Shown here: in pieces, positions 10,359-21,065 of the stretch
How the letters are laid out: each line of letters begins with the position of its first letter
Position numbering within the stretch: position 1 is the first letter of the stretch
From: Dehalococcoidia bacterium
Lineage (GTDB): Bacteria > Chloroflexota > Dehalococcoidia > UBA6926
DNA length: 64,000 bases
Reading direction: 5' to 3'
Assembly (NCBI GenBank): GCA_965204885.1
Contig: OZ242019.1
Coordinates: forward strand, 109,521 to 173,520
The notes under the pieces: generated by a model
The model's database searches: none
The model's input: only the letters and a program-made list of their open reading frames with translations
Told to the model about the DNA's origin: nothing
Position numbers and translations under genes: made by a program

Positions 10359-10935
10359 TAACCAGCCTCGCGCCGAGTTCATAAGCTTTCGCTAAAGCAT
10401 CGGGCTTGCCCTGCACGTCGGTTGGGCGCACCACATCGGCAACCAGCAGGCGCTCCGCCTCCAGGAAGTGCATACTCACAAGCCAGGAGCGCGTGGCCTG
10501 CACCGCGCCGTCAAACTCCGTTGGATCGTCTCGATCAGCCGTGGCGATGATGAGCGCCCTGCCCGTTTCTTCACTACTACGCAACTGCTGCCCCATCACA
10601 TACTTTCGGACCCACATCGGCTGCGTGCGGTCGTAGAGCGCCTTCGTTTGCGCAGGCACGCCGCGGAACGTTACGGGAAAGGCAATGTAAATCAGATCCA
10701 CGGATCGCAGCTTCGCGTACAGCGCCTGCATATCGTCCAATACCGTGCAGACGCCGGTGAGTAGACAGTCTTCGGACTGCGGGCAGATGCAAGGGTTGAT
10801 GGAAAGATCGAGGAGGCTGATGAGTTCCGTGTCCGCGCCCGCGTCCCGCGCACCCGCAAGCGCCCGCTCTAACAGCGTCTCACTGTTGCCGCCGCGCCGC
10901 GTGCCACCCGCGATTCCAAGCACTGAAATAGTCAC
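10345..10935 (-). CDS. Iron-sulfur flavoprotein / NADPH-dependent FMN reductase family
   Basis: VLGIAGGTRRGGNSETL flavodoxin P-loop, a four-Cys cluster, and KALYDR. Confidence 0.85.
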   Translation of the reverse strand: MTISVLGIAGGTRRGGNSETLLERALAGARDAGADTELISLLDLSINPCICPQSEDCLLTGVCTVLDDMQALYAKLRSVDLIYIAFPVTFRGVPAQTKALYDRTQPMWVRKYVMGQQLRSSEETGRALIIATADRDDPTEFDGAVQATRSWLVSMHFLEAERLLVADVVRPTDVQGKPDALAKAYELGARLVSDNA

Positions 10936-11006
10936 AATCGGATTATAGGCGCGCCGGCTCGTGCGGTACGATGGAATACACGACGGAAAGAGGGGGCGGG
11001 AGAACA

Positions 11007-11831
11007 ATGGTAACGACGACTACGACATTCCGGCAGCGGCTGCGCGAGGCGAGTGAGCGCAACAACTCCCTGCTCTGTGTTGGCCTCGACCCCGATCCCG
11101 CCGAAATGAACGGCCGCGACATTGGAGACTTCTGCATCGCGATCATCGACGCCACGATCGACCTCGTTTGCGCCTACAAGCCGAATCTTGCCTTCTATGA
11201 GGCGCACGGCTCGGCGGGATACGCCGCGCTTGAGAGAATCGTCGACCACGTCAACGGCCGCGTACCCGTGCTCGGTGACGCCAAGCGGAATGACATCGGG
11301 AACTCTGTCCGCTTCTACGCCAAGGGGCTATTCGAGACGATGGGCTTCGATGCCGTCACCGTCAATCCGTTCCTCGGGCGAGACAGCCTCCAACCGTTCC
11401 TTGATTATGAGGACAAGGGTGTGTTCATCCTGTGCCGCACATCCAACCCGGGCGGCGCGGACCTGCAGGGCCTCAGCGCCGCCTACGACAACGCGACGAT
11501 GCCGCTTTATGAGGCTGTCGCTCACCTCAGCAACTCATGGGATACAAACGGCAACATCGGCCTCGTGACGGGCGCGACGTACCCGTCCGAAGCGCAAAGA
11601 ATCCGCGAGATTTGTCCCGATATGCCGTTCCTCGTTCCCGGCGTCGGCACGCAGGGCGGCGAGCTTGAAGCAGCCCTCTCAGCGACGCTTGATGCGGACG
11701 GCGGCGGCATCCTGGTCAACTCGTCGCGGGGAATCCTGTACGCCTCCAGCGGCCCTGACTTCGCGGATGCCGCCCGCGCCGCCGCGGAGAATCTCCGAGC
11801 CCAGATAGAGGACGCGCGCCCGTCTGCGTAG
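11007..11831 (+). CDS. pyrF: Orotidine-5'-phosphate decarboxylase
   Basis: LCVGLDP, YKPNLAFY, DAKRNDIGNS, PGVGTQGG and NSSRGI motifs. Confidence 0.95.
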   Translation: MVTTTTTFRQRLREASERNNSLLCVGLDPDPAEMNGRDIGDFCIAIIDATIDLVCAYKPNLAFYEAHGSAGYAALERIVDHVNGRVPVLGDAKRNDIGNSVRFYAKGLFETMGFDAVTVNPFLGRDSLQPFLDYEDKGVFILCRTSNPGGADLQGLSAAYDNATMPLYEAVAHLSNSWDTNGNIGLVTGATYPSEAQRIREICPDMPFLVPGVGTQGGELEAALSATLDADGGGILVNSSRGILYASSGPDFADAARAAAENLRAQIEDARPSA

Positions 11832-11841
11832 CGTCTAGTCG

Positions 11842-12753
11842 TCAGGCCGCACCCACCAGCGAAAGCACAACGGTGACGGAGGCGAGGCTCGCAAGCGTTC
11901 CAGCCACGACGATTCCGCTCGCAAGCTCGGGCCTGCCTTTGTACTGCGTCGCCAGGATAATGGTCAGCACGGCGGTCGGCATTCCGGCCACGACGATAAG
12001 CACCTTCGATGTCAGATCGTCGAATTGAAGCAACTGAACGAGTCCATAAGCGACGAGGGACGACAGCACCAGCCTAATCACAACGACGCCCGCAATCGCC
12101 CTCGCTCCCGCCATTTCCCGTGTAGACGCAAGCTGGATGCCGAGGACTATGAGCATGGCCGGAATCGCCGCGTCGCCCATGATCTGCGCGGGTTGCTGGA
12201 TGAAGTCCGGCAATTCAATCGCCAACATGCTGACGGCAAGGCCAAGAACCGCGGCGTAGCTTGTGGGCAGCTTGGCCACAGAAACGAGTGAGCCAACCAG
12301 GTTCGATTGGGCGCGGGAGGCGATGAACGCGCCGACCGTCCACGCGAGGATCGCCTGCGTCACGAAGAACACCACGGCGATGGCCAGTCCCTCGTCTCCG
12401 AACGCGAACAGCGCCACCGGCAGGCCGTAATTGCCCGCGTTCATGAACAACGCGCCAATGATAAAGGTCGATTGCGCGTCTTGCGGCACTCTCATCGCCC
12501 GAGCCGCGACGTAGGCAATGACGTACAGCGACGCCATCAAGAGCAGGCTGAACGCGGCAATGCGGGCAAGATCCTCGAGGGCGACCTGCGTGGTGGCAAG
12601 GCCGTTGAAGACAAGCGCCGGGCTGAAGATGAAGAGGATCGCCTGGCTGAGCGGCTCCGGTGAGATTGGCCTGAACCTGTGAACAAGCGCGCCGACCGCC
12701 GCCATCAGAAAGACGGGGAAGACGACGCTGATGAAGATATTCAGGAAATCCAT
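11842..12753 (-). CDS. AEC (auxin efflux carrier) family transporter
   Basis: About 10 TM segments with NAGNYGLPV and MPTAV motifs. Confidence 0.88.
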   Translation of the reverse strand: MDFLNIFISVVFPVFLMAAVGALVHRFRPISPEPLSQAILFIFSPALVFNGLATTQVALEDLARIAAFSLLLMASLYVIAYVAARAMRVPQDAQSTFIIGALFMNAGNYGLPVALFAFGDEGLAIAVVFFVTQAILAWTVGAFIASRAQSNLVGSLVSVAKLPTSYAAVLGLAVSMLAIELPDFIQQPAQIMGDAAIPAMLIVLGIQLASTREMAGARAIAGVVVIRLVLSSLVAYGLVQLLQFDDLTSKVLIVVAGMPTAVLTIILATQYKGRPELASGIVVAGTLASLASVTVVLSLVGAA

Positions 12754-13469
12754 TCAGCGTTGATGCGGTCGAGGAGGTCCGGCAGCTCCTCCAGTGAGCT
12801 GATTACGCGAGCTTCCTTGTAGCCCTCGAACACGCCATCTCTGTCAAGGAGAATGGGCAGAATGCCAACCCCCGCCGGGCCCTGCACGTCCGCAAGCGGC
12901 TGATCGCCCACATGGACAACCTCATCGGCACTTGCCCTTGCCCTCTTGAGCGCCTCCTCAAATATCGGAGCGTTGGGCTTGGCAACACCGATCTCCTCCG
13001 ATGTGACCGCAAAGGACATGAACTCAGCGATGCCAAGGTCAAGCAGCGTCTGTGCCAGGCCGCCCTCGAAATTGGTAACCACGCCGATGGAGTAGCCCTT
13101 GTCCCGGAGCACCTGCAGCGACGGCACAACATCCGGGAACATCGCGAAGCCCTGCCGCGTCTCCCAGACCCGCTCAAAGATGCGGCTCGCCGTTTCAAGA
13201 TCGACGTTCACGCCGGCCCCGGCAAGCAGCAGCATTTCGTACCGCCCCCACAGCTCCCGCACGTCCTCCGGCGTGCGCCGACTTAAGGGGAGTTGACCGT
13301 TCTCCTCCGAGAGGAATTGGTCGGCGGCAGGATAGGCGCGGAGGATGGCGTTCGTATCGACCGTGATGCCGAATTCGGCGCAGGCAGCGGCCTGTATCTG
13401 CTCGCGTCGTGGCTCAAACCTGACGATAGTGTTGTAGAAGTCCAGAGAGATTGCCCGAATGCGCGCCAT
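12741..13469 (-). CDS. HAD-superfamily hydrolase (IA)
   Basis: SLDFYNT, VVTNF, KPNAPIF and HVGDQPLAD motifs; start trimmed to MARIR. Confidence 0.88.
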   Translation of the reverse strand: MARIRAISLDFYNTIVRFEPRREQIQAAACAEFGITVDTNAILRAYPAADQFLSEENGQLPLSRRTPEDVRELWGRYEMLLLAGAGVNVDLETASRIFERVWETRQGFAMFPDVVPSLQVLRDKGYSIGVVTNFEGGLAQTLLDLGIAEFMSFAVTSEEIGVAKPNAPIFEEALKRARASADEVVHVGDQPLADVQGPAGVGILPILLDRDGVFEGYKEARVISSLEELPDLLDRINAEWIS

Positions 13470-13540
13470 AGCAGTTCTCATCCTACCATCGGCGGGTTCC
13501 GACCTACGTGGGCGAGCCCTGAAATTTGGCGTCTTTACCC

Positions 13541-13569
13541 TTGACCCCAGCACGCTCAGAACGTAGCAT
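13541..13569 (+). promoter_or_regulatory. sigma70-type promoter for SWIM-finger gene
   Basis: TTGACC-N17-TAGCAT about 110 nt upstream of the start at 13682. Confidence 0.5.
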
Positions 13570-13681
13570 GACGCAATCCGATGGCAGCGCGGGACAGGAC
13601 AATCCAATCTTTCACCCATCGATAAGATGGGATTGGCAACTTAGCGCCTGAATTGACCGAGGACCAAGGGGGTTTCAGCAG

Positions 13682-13936
13682 ATGAATTCCAGCCTGATCA
13701 GCAAGATCGAGAAGGCGCGGAAGTACGCCGAGGAGCGGGACGACCGAATCAGGTTTGAGTCGTTTCGCGCCCGAATTTCCGGCGACAACAGCGAGCACGT
13801 CGTCGAGCTTAAAGACGGCGTCTTTACGTGCGACTGCGACTTCTTCGAGGGCTGGAGTTCCTGCAGCCACGTGATGGCGATGGAGCGCATCCTCGGCGCA
13901 ACTATCCCGGAGCCGCCCGTCCCCGAGCACCGCTAG
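13682..13936 (+). CDS. Small SWIM zinc-finger protein
   Basis: 84 aa with CDC-x8-CSH (CxC...CxH) motif and a plausible RBS. Confidence 0.8.
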   Translation: MNSSLISKIEKARKYAEERDDRIRFESFRARISGDNSEHVVELKDGVFTCDCDFFEGWSSCSHVMAMERILGATIPEPPVPEHR

Positions 13937-13948
13937 TCTGCAACTGTT

Positions 13949-13981
13949 CCCTCTCCCAAGGGGAGAGGGTTAGGGTGAGGG
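13949..13981. repeat. CCCTCTCCC...GGGAGAGGG-TTAGGGTGAGGG palindromic repeat element
   Basis: 9-bp stem plus the characteristic tail; overlaps the last codons of the HIT gene. Confidence 0.7.
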
Positions 13982-14470
13982 CTCGTCAAACAGCGGCTTT
14001 AGCCGCGCGTACGTCCGGTCGAGACTTTCCGGAACAAGCTTCGTCTCGCCCACAACGGCCATGAAGTTCGTGTCGCCGCCCCACCGTGGCACCACGTGCA
14101 GGTGCAGATGCCCCGGCACGCCCGCGCCCGCCAAACGTCCGATGTTCATACCGACGTTGAACCCGTCCGGCCCATATTCCGCCTTCAAGATGCCAACACT
14201 GCGCTGAGCCAACTCCCACATCTCCGCGCCTGTCTCGGAGGACAATTCCTCAAGCGCGCCGATGTGCTCGTATGGCGCGACCATCAGGTGGCCGGTGTTG
14301 TACGGGTAGAGATTTAGAATGATGAACGAGTGTTGGGCGCGGTGGAGGATGTAGACCTCATCATCCTTGTCGAGCGTCGGATTCTCGCAGAGGAAACACG
14401 TCGGCTTGCCCTGTTCCTCGGTCTGGCCTGTCACGAATTCCGCCCTCCACGGGGTCCACAAACGCTCCAT
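13970..14470 (-). CDS. HIT-family hydrolase (Ap4A hydrolase/phosphorylase-like)
   Basis: LWTPWR, NLYPYNTGHLMV and HLHLHVVPRWGGD motifs. Confidence 0.92.
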   Translation of the reverse strand: MERLWTPWRAEFVTGQTEEQGKPTCFLCENPTLDKDDEVYILHRAQHSFIILNLYPYNTGHLMVAPYEHIGALEELSSETGAEMWELAQRSVGILKAEYGPDGFNVGMNIGRLAGAGVPGHLHLHVVPRWGGDTNFMAVVGETKLVPESLDRTYARLKPLFDEPSP

Positions 14471-14482
14471 CGCGTCCCTGCC

Positions 14483-16579
14483 CTATGGCGCAAGGAACTG
14501 GACCGTCGGCGGCGGCGCGTCAAGCTGTTCAAGGAACGCCTCAACGGATGTGACGGGCAGCATGCAGATATAGTTCTCACAAACGTAGGCCGTCGCCTTG
14601 TCGTTGATCATGGAGCGCCCTTCCAGCACGGGCAGGTCGCCCCACTCGAATGCCTCATCCGGCGTGGCGGCAACCACAATCTTGTTCGGCATGAACCGCG
14701 TATTCAGGGCGTCCAACAATTCACTCATGTCGTCCGCCGCCCTGTCGCCGATGAGCGCAATCTCCTTGGTGGAGCCGATGGCGAAATCAAGCGCGGCGAG
14801 CCAGTGGCCGACCGCTGCCGGATAGCGCTCCATGTACATGTGGACACTACGAAGCGCCCTTTCAGCGATGGCGTGATAGTTTCCGTTGCCGGTGAGTGCA
14901 TGGAGACGCAGCAGGAGTTCCGTTGCCGACGCTCCGCCGGACGGGGTGGCATTGTCCAGTACAGTGCGGGGACGAACCACGAGCGACTCCGCGTCGCTGC
15001 CGATGTCGTAGAAGATCGATGCCGCGTCATCCCAGAAGAGTTCGATGATGCTGTCTGCCAACGACACGGCTTCATCCAGCCACCGCCGATCGAAGGTGAG
15101 TTCAAAGAGCGAGAGCAGGCCGTTGGCAAGGTTGGCATGGTCTTCAAGGTAGGCGGAGATGCGGGCCTCGCCGTCCTTGTATGTCCGCAGCAAACGGCCC
15201 TCCGGCGTCCGCATAGTCTCAACCAGGGATTCCGCCTGCTTCTCGGCCGCATCTCGGTAATCGTTCCTGTCAAGCGCCCCTGCCGCTTCGGCAATCGCGC
15301 GGAGCAGCAACCCGTTCCAGCCGGTAAGAATCTTCTCATCACGGAACGGCCTGACTCTGTCTTCTCGTGCCTCAAGCAGAGCTTGCCGGGAGCGGGCGAA
15401 CGATTCACCCACGTCGTCAACGGACACGCTGTGCCGCGTGGCCAGTTCATCATTGGACGTGGCACGGTTGAGGACGGACGAGCCGCTGTTCTCAAAGTTG
15501 CCGGGCTCGGTCACACCGTAGGCCTCGCAGAACAGGGCAGCGGCGGACTCATCGCTCAGCACCGCGCTGATCTCAGCAGGTGTCCAGACATAGAATCTAC
15601 CCTCTTCCCCCTCGCTGTCCGCGTCCAGTGTCGAATAGAACCCGCCCTCCGGCGACAGCATCTCCCGCAACAAGAAATCGACTGTTTCCTCGACGACACG
15701 CCGAAAGTCATCCCGCTTGGTGAGCTGCCACGCGTGGAGATACACGCCAACCAGCAGCGCGTTGTCATAGAGCATCTTTTCAAAGTGTGGAACCAGCCAT
15801 TGCGCATCAGTGCTGTAGCGATGGAATCCACCACCAAGCTGATCGTACAGCCCGCCTGCCGCCATATGCTCCAGCGTTGTCTCAAGGATGGCTCGGGCGT
15901 TGGAATCGTCATAGTTGGCGGAGATGTAGCGCATCAGGTATTCCAGCAGCATGGGTTGGGGGAATTTCGGCGCGGCCATGAATCCGCCGTTCACCGCGTC
16001 GAACGTGCTGCTCAGCTGCGAAAAAGCCTCCGTGAACAGGTCCTTTGACAGCAGCGAGTCTTGCCCGCTCGACGCAACGGTGGCGCGGCGGAGATGGTCG
16101 ACGATGTTCTGCCCCGCCTGCTTGATCTCTGACTTACGCGCCGTGTACGCATCCAGCACGGTGGTCAGGACGCGCGGAAAACCGGGCATTCCGGGTCGGT
16201 CCTCCGGCGGGTAGTACGTGCCGCCAAAGAACGGCGAGCCGTCCGGCATCAAAAACACGCTCAGCGGCCAGCCGCCGTGGCCGGACAGCGCCTGCACGGC
16301 GTCCATATACACGGAGTCGATATCCGGCCGCTCTTCACGGTCAACCTTGATCGACACGAAATTGTCGTTGAGCAGCTTGGCCGTGTCCTGGTTCTCGAAC
16401 GACTCGCGCTCCATGACATGGCACCAGTGGCAGGACGAGTAACCGATGCTCAGGAAGATGGGCACGTCGCGTTCCTGCGCCGCCGCCAGAGCCTCCTGTC
16501 CCCACGGATACCAGTCCACAGGGTTGTGCGCGTGCTGCTGCAGATAAGGGCTTGTCTCATTGATCAGGCGATTTGGCAC
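14483..16579 (-). CDS. Thioredoxin domain-containing YyaL/SSP411 family protein
   Basis: [37 protein letters not shown] and [10 protein letters not shown] motifs. Confidence 0.92.
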   Translation of the reverse strand: MPNRLINETSPYLQQHAHNPVDWYPWGQEALAAAQERDVPIFLSIGYSSCHWCHVMERESFENQDTAKLLNDNFVSIKVDREERPDIDSVYMDAVQALSGHGGWPLSVFLMPDGSPFFGGTYYPPEDRPGMPGFPRVLTTVLDAYTARKSEIKQAGQNIVDHLRRATVASSGQDSLLSKDLFTEAFSQLSSTFDAVNGGFMAAPKFPQPMLLEYLMRYISANYDDSNARAILETTLEHMAAGGLYDQLGGGFHRYSTDAQWLVPHFEKMLYDNALLVGVYLHAWQLTKRDDFRRVVEETVDFLLREMLSPEGGFYSTLDADSEGEEGRFYVWTPAEISAVLSDESAAALFCEAYGVTEPGNFENSGSSVLNRATSNDELATRHSVSVDDVGESFARSRQALLEAREDRVRPFRDEKILTGWNGLLLRAIAEAAGALDRNDYRDAAEKQAESLVETMRTPEGRLLRTYKDGEARISAYLEDHANLANGLLSLFELTFDRRWLDEAVSLADSIIELFWDDAASIFYDIGSDAESLVVRPRTVLDNATPSGGASATELLLRLHALTGNGNYHAIAERALRSVHMYMERYPAAVGHWLAALDFAIGSTKEIALIGDRAADDMSELLDALNTRFMPNKIVVAATPDEAFEWGDLPVLEGRSMINDKATAYVCENYICMLPVTSVEAFLEQLDAPPPTVQFLAP

Positions 16580-16656
16580 GCTGCGCTCCCCGTTCCCCAC
16601 GGACGCCCCCGAGCGCCCCTTGTCCACCATTGCCGCCCGGAAACGGCGGCGCTTGT

Positions 16657-17412
16657 CTAGTCGCTCTCCCCCTGCGACCACTGCCAGAGGGCAGGCTTGA
16701 TGCGTTCAAGGACGAGAATGCCCTTGCGCGTATCGCTTGCCAAACGCGCCGGGTCGCTCTTTGCGACGCGCCGTTTGAACAGCCAGTACGTGAACGTCTT
16801 GTATTCGTCCAATGAGGAACGTGCGGATCCTTTGGCCTTCCGGCCCAACGCGAGGCGAAACTCTGCGCGGAGATCGCCTATTGGCGCTCCATAGAGGCGG
16901 CTCATCGCTTCATCCTCGATGAAGTTTTCGCGAGCGGCGAGATTCTGCTGCGCCTTCGCAACCTCCTCGATGTTGGCCTGCTGCAGCGCCTCTTCCACTA
17001 CGACGCCGTACAGGAAGTTCAGGTGGGCGGCATGCTTTCCGTGGCCGATGCTGCGGCGAAAGAGTTCGGCATTGATGTGGACCGGCGCCCTGCCCTCGAA
17101 CAGCAGCCGCGTCGCTTCCTGTTCAGGTATCACGTCGCCCGCCGCCTCAATCAGCCTCTCCGCCAGCAGCAGCCAATCAAAGGCCTCCCCTGCAATGACA
17201 TAGGTGTATGCACGCCCGTTCAACTCCTCGCTTGGCGCGTGCCACTCCGCGACGGCGTTGAGCAATGCCAGGAACCAGTTCTCGCCACCGCGCACGCTCG
17301 CGATGAACGAGTCGATGATCTCCAGCGTTGACCGGAGTTCGCCAGCGCCGTTGAGATGCGGAGCCTCGACGTCAACGACGGTCTGCGCGGAGGCCCGCGA
17401 CTGCGGAGTCAT
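16657..17412 (-). CDS. Hypothetical all-alpha protein
   Basis: 251-aa ORF in the secA-yyaL-HIT run, with conserved-looking blocks [23 protein letters not shown] and FTYWLFK. Confidence 0.75.
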   Translation of the reverse strand: MTPQSRASAQTVVDVEAPHLNGAGELRSTLEIIDSFIASVRGGENWFLALLNAVAEWHAPSEELNGRAYTYVIAGEAFDWLLLAERLIEAAGDVIPEQEATRLLFEGRAPVHINAELFRRSIGHGKHAAHLNFLYGVVVEEALQQANIEEVAKAQQNLAARENFIEDEAMSRLYGAPIGDLRAEFRLALGRKAKGSARSSLDEYKTFTYWLFKRRVAKSDPARLASDTRKGILVLERIKPALWQWSQGESD

Positions 17413-17458
17413 GGCGATTCAGCCGACCGAATGACCGGCATCTTCGATAAGCAGCGCA

Positions 17459-20140
17459 TCAGCCGGCGGCTCCATGGCATCTCTTGTACTTGAGGCCGCT
17501 GCCGCAGTAGCAGGGATCGTTGCGCCGAATCTTCGGAGTGGCTCGGCGAACGGGGCCCCGAGCCGCCTGAGCGTCCGGCGCCTGTCCGGTGGCATCTCGC
17601 TGCTGGGAGGCCATCGGGCTTTCGGCCATCTCACCGCGACCTGCCACCGCGCCGTTTGGCGCGACACCATTGGCCGCAGCCGCGACGCGTCGGGTGGGCT
17701 GAGCGGATACGTCGAGATGGAGCACGGTGCGGACGATGCCGTTGCGCAGGCGGTCCATCAACTCCTGGAACATGCCGTGGCTTTCCTGCCTGTACATGAC
17801 CAGCGGATTGCGCTGCCCGTATGCCTGCAGTCCGGCGCTCATACGCATCTGCTCCATGGCAGTCAGGTGCTGAACCCAAAGGTTATCGAGCGTCTGCAGG
17901 AGGACAAGGCTTTCCAGTTCCCGCAACCGTTCCGCGCCAACCTCTTCTTCGATTTCGTCATAGACGGCCAGCGCGTAGTCAACCAACTCGTCCGTGATCT
18001 CCGTTCGCGTCAGGTCGAGCATCTGTCCTGCCTCGAGCCAGTCCGGGGCCGGAAAGGCGGCGCGTACGGTGGTTACAAATCCCTCGACATCCCAGTTGGC
18101 CGGATCGCGGTCTCCCAGGTGAGCGTCAACGATGGCCGCGCACTCGTCGGCAACCATCTGCCGGATGTTTTCCCGCAGATCTTCTGATTGCAGGACCTTG
18201 GCACGCTCCGAATAGACGATGGAGCGTTGGCGGTTGATGACGTCGTCGTATTCCACAAGGTGTTTTCGTACTTCAAAGTTGTTGCCCTCAACACGGACCT
18301 GCGCGTTTTCAAAGGCTCGCGAGACCATGCGGTTCTCGACAGCATCGTCATCCTTGAGGCCGGACCACGACATGATCGACTTGACCCTGTCGCCGCCGAA
18401 TCGCTTGATAATCTCGTCTTCAAGCGAGACATAGAATTGCGACGCGCCAGGGTCGCCCTGCCGTCCTGCACGGCCACGCAGCTGGTTGTCGATGCGCCGG
18501 GCCTCGTGCCGTTCGGTGCCGAGGATAAACAGTCCACCCAGGTTGAGCACCTCGTCATGCTCCCGCTGCCAGTCATCCGCGTCGCGGCCCTCCGGATTGC
18601 CGCCGAGGATGATGTCCGTGCCGCGACCGGCCATGTTGGTAGACACGGTGATAGCGCCAAGCCGTCCCGCCTGCGCGACAATCTGGGCCTCGCGATCATG
18701 CTGCTTGGCGTTCAGAACCTCGTGCTCCAGCCCCTCGCGGCGAAGCAGGGCGCTGAGGCGTTCCGACGTGTCGATGGAGGCCGTGCCCACAAGGACGGGG
18801 CGGCCCTCGTCATGCAGCTCCCTAAGAGTGCGGACGATGGCCTTGAACTTGCCGTCCTCGTTCAGGTAGATGAGGTCGGGTTGGTCCTCTCGGACGGAAG
18901 GCTGGTTGGTGGGGATAGGCAGCGGGTCCAGGTTGTAGATCTTGAGGAACTCTTCGGCCTCGGTGGACGCCGTGCCAGTCATGCCCGCAAGCCGTTCGTA
19001 CATGCGGAAATAGTTCTGGAGCGTGATGGTGGCAAGGGTCATGGACTCTCGCCGAATCGACACACCCTCCTTCGCTTCAATCGCCTGGTGGAGACCCTCG
19101 GAATAGCGTCGGCCCGGCATTAGGCGGCCCGTGAACTCATCCACAATGACCACCTGGTTCTCTCCGTCAACGACGTATTCCTTGTCGCGGTTGTAGACGA
19201 ACTCCGCCTTGAGCGCGTTTTCGAGGAAATGCACCGCCGTGTAGTGTTCCGGCGCATAGAGATTGTCGATGTTCAGCGCACGCTCGATCTTGGTGATGCC
19301 GCCCTCTGTCAGTGACACCGCACGCGTCTTGGGATCGATGGCGAAATCATCTTCCTCAGTAAGGCGGCGCGCCAGTTGCGCGAACTGGCCATAACTCTGC
19401 GTCGGCGTCTGCCCCGGGCCGCTGATGATTAGCGGCGTCCGTGCTTCATCGATGAGGATGTAGTCAACCTCGTCCACGATGGCGTAGACAAGTTCACGCT
19501 GCACGCGCTGCTCGGCTGTGAGAGCAAGGTTGTCACGCAGATAATCAAACCCAAACTCGGAATTCGTGCCATACGTGATATCCGCGGCATACGCCTCGCG
19601 TCGATGAACAGGACGCATGCCTTCATCGGACTCTTCGTTGTCGGGGTCATACAGCAGAGATTCCTCGTGCTGCAGGCAGGCAACGGATATGCCGAGTGCG
19701 TGGTAGACGGCGCCCATCCATGAAGCATCGCGTCGTGCCAGGTAGTCGTTCACCGTGATGACGTGCACGCCCCTGCCCGTCAGCGCGTTCAAATACACAG
19801 GGAGCGTGGCGACGAGCGTCTTCCCCTCGCCCGTCCGCATTTCTGCAATGCGCCCCTGGTGCAGCGTTATGCCGCCGATAATCTGCACATCGAAGTGCCG
19901 CATGCCGAGCACGCGCTTTGAGACCTCACGCACTGCGGCGAACGCCTCCGGCGCCAAATCATCCAGGGTTTCCTTATTCGCCAGGCGCTCCCGGAATTGG
20001 TCGGTCATCCCCCGCAACTCGTCAGCACTCAGACGCGCAAAGCGGCCCTCAAGAGCATTGACTTCATCCACGGCGGGCTGCATGCGCTTGACGGCGCTTT
20101 CGCTGCCATCCCCGAGAATCTTGCGGAGTTTGCTGATCAC
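17459..20140 (-). CDS. secA: Preprotein translocase ATPase SecA
   Basis: [32 protein letters not shown] and SEC-C motif [13 protein letters not shown]. The GTG start overlaps the pyrB stop. Confidence 0.97.
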   Translation of the reverse strand: MISKLRKILGDGSESAVKRMQPAVDEVNALEGRFARLSADELRGMTDQFRERLANKETLDDLAPEAFAAVREVSKRVLGMRHFDVQIIGGITLHQGRIAEMRTGEGKTLVATLPVYLNALTGRGVHVITVNDYLARRDASWMGAVYHALGISVACLQHEESLLYDPDNEESDEGMRPVHRREAYAADITYGTNSEFGFDYLRDNLALTAEQRVQRELVYAIVDEVDYILIDEARTPLIISGPGQTPTQSYGQFAQLARRLTEEDDFAIDPKTRAVSLTEGGITKIERALNIDNLYAPEHYTAVHFLENALKAEFVYNRDKEYVVDGENQVVIVDEFTGRLMPGRRYSEGLHQAIEAKEGVSIRRESMTLATITLQNYFRMYERLAGMTGTASTEAEEFLKIYNLDPLPIPTNQPSVREDQPDLIYLNEDGKFKAIVRTLRELHDEGRPVLVGTASIDTSERLSALLRREGLEHEVLNAKQHDREAQIVAQAGRLGAITVSTNMAGRGTDIILGGNPEGRDADDWQREHDEVLNLGGLFILGTERHEARRIDNQLRGRAGRQGDPGASQFYVSLEDEIIKRFGGDRVKSIMSWSGLKDDDAVENRMVSRAFENAQVRVEGNNFEVRKHLVEYDDVINRQRSIVYSERAKVLQSEDLRENIRQMVADECAAIVDAHLGDRDPANWDVEGFVTTVRAAFPAPDWLEAGQMLDLTRTEITDELVDYALAVYDEIEEEVGAERLRELESLVLLQTLDNLWVQHLTAMEQMRMSAGLQAYGQRNPLVMYRQESHGMFQELMDRLRNGIVRTVLHLDVSAQPTRRVAAAANGVAPNGAVAGRGEMAESPMASQQRDATGQAPDAQAARGPVRRATPKIRRNDPCYCGSGLKYKRCHGAAG

Positions 20141-21051
20141 GCCTTGCGTCCTCCGCCAATCACGGTTTGCAGGACGTATGTCATCACGCCCAACCCGACA
20201 CGGTTGCGGTGGAGATAGGCGGCGCGGTGATCCGCATCGAACCACTCCGGCAGCTCAACCGTGCGCGGCATGGGATGCAGTACAATGGCATCCTGCTTCA
20301 AGTCTTGCTGTGCCTGTTCCGTCATGATGATTGGCCTGTTTGCGGAGCCGCGCTCCGCCTGTACCCGCGTCATATACAAGACATCGGTTTCTTTAAGGAT
20401 ACCGCTATTCAGAAACTCGGTCTCTTCCAGGTTCGGAGCACTCATTCTGACGGATGATGAATCGAGCCCTGACGACAGGCGCAGACCCGGATCCGTGACC
20501 ACGGTGATGTGATTGTCGAACAGCGCAAGGGCCATGATCAGGCTGTGGATGGTGCGCCCGTGCAGCGCGTCCCCCGTCATCGTGATGTTCAAGCCGCTTA
20601 GCCTGCCGAACCGCTGGTAAATCATGGAGAGGTCGATAAGCGTCTGAACGGGATGCTCCCCCGCCCCATTGCCTGCGTTGATCACGGGGCAGGCGCTCGC
20701 CGCCGTCGCCACGGTCATGGATTCCGTGTCAGGATGGCGGAGAATCAAAGCCGCGATGCCGTAGTCGGCCAGCACACGAATCGTGTCAGTCAGGCTCTCG
20801 CCCTTGTTGACCGAGCTTGCGCTGACATCAAGGGGAATAACGTCAAGCCCCAGCGCGCGGGCGGCGAATTGGAAACCCAGGCGCGTGCGTGTGCTCGCTT
20901 CATAAAAGGCGGTGGCGACGGTGCGGCCATCTCGCGCCGTGGGCGCAACACCGTCCGGCAACGGTCTTTCGGCAAGGTCCCTGACGGCCAGTAACAGGGC
21001 CTCGGAGGACATGCCCTGCAGGGTGATGAACGATTTACCCTCGGCTAACAC
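20137..21051 (-). CDS. pyrB: Aspartate carbamoyltransferase catalytic subunit
   Basis: [24 protein letters not shown] and HPMP motifs. Confidence 0.9.
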   Translation of the reverse strand: MLAEGKSFITLQGMSSEALLLAVRDLAERPLPDGVAPTARDGRTVATAFYEASTRTRLGFQFAARALGLDVIPLDVSASSVNKGESLTDTIRVLADYGIAALILRHPDTESMTVATAASACPVINAGNGAGEHPVQTLIDLSMIYQRFGRLSGLNITMTGDALHGRTIHSLIMALALFDNHITVVTDPGLRLSSGLDSSSVRMSAPNLEETEFLNSGILKETDVLYMTRVQAERGSANRPIIMTEQAQQDLKQDAIVLHPMPRTVELPEWFDADHRAAYLHRNRVGLGVMTYVLQTVIGGGRKA

Positions 21052-21065
21052 CCCGGCCGCCTCCG

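Noticed and set aside
14330-16048. 572-aa plus-strand ORF
   Set aside because: Antisense to the well-conserved YyaL gene with no motifs; a typical high-GC shadow frame.
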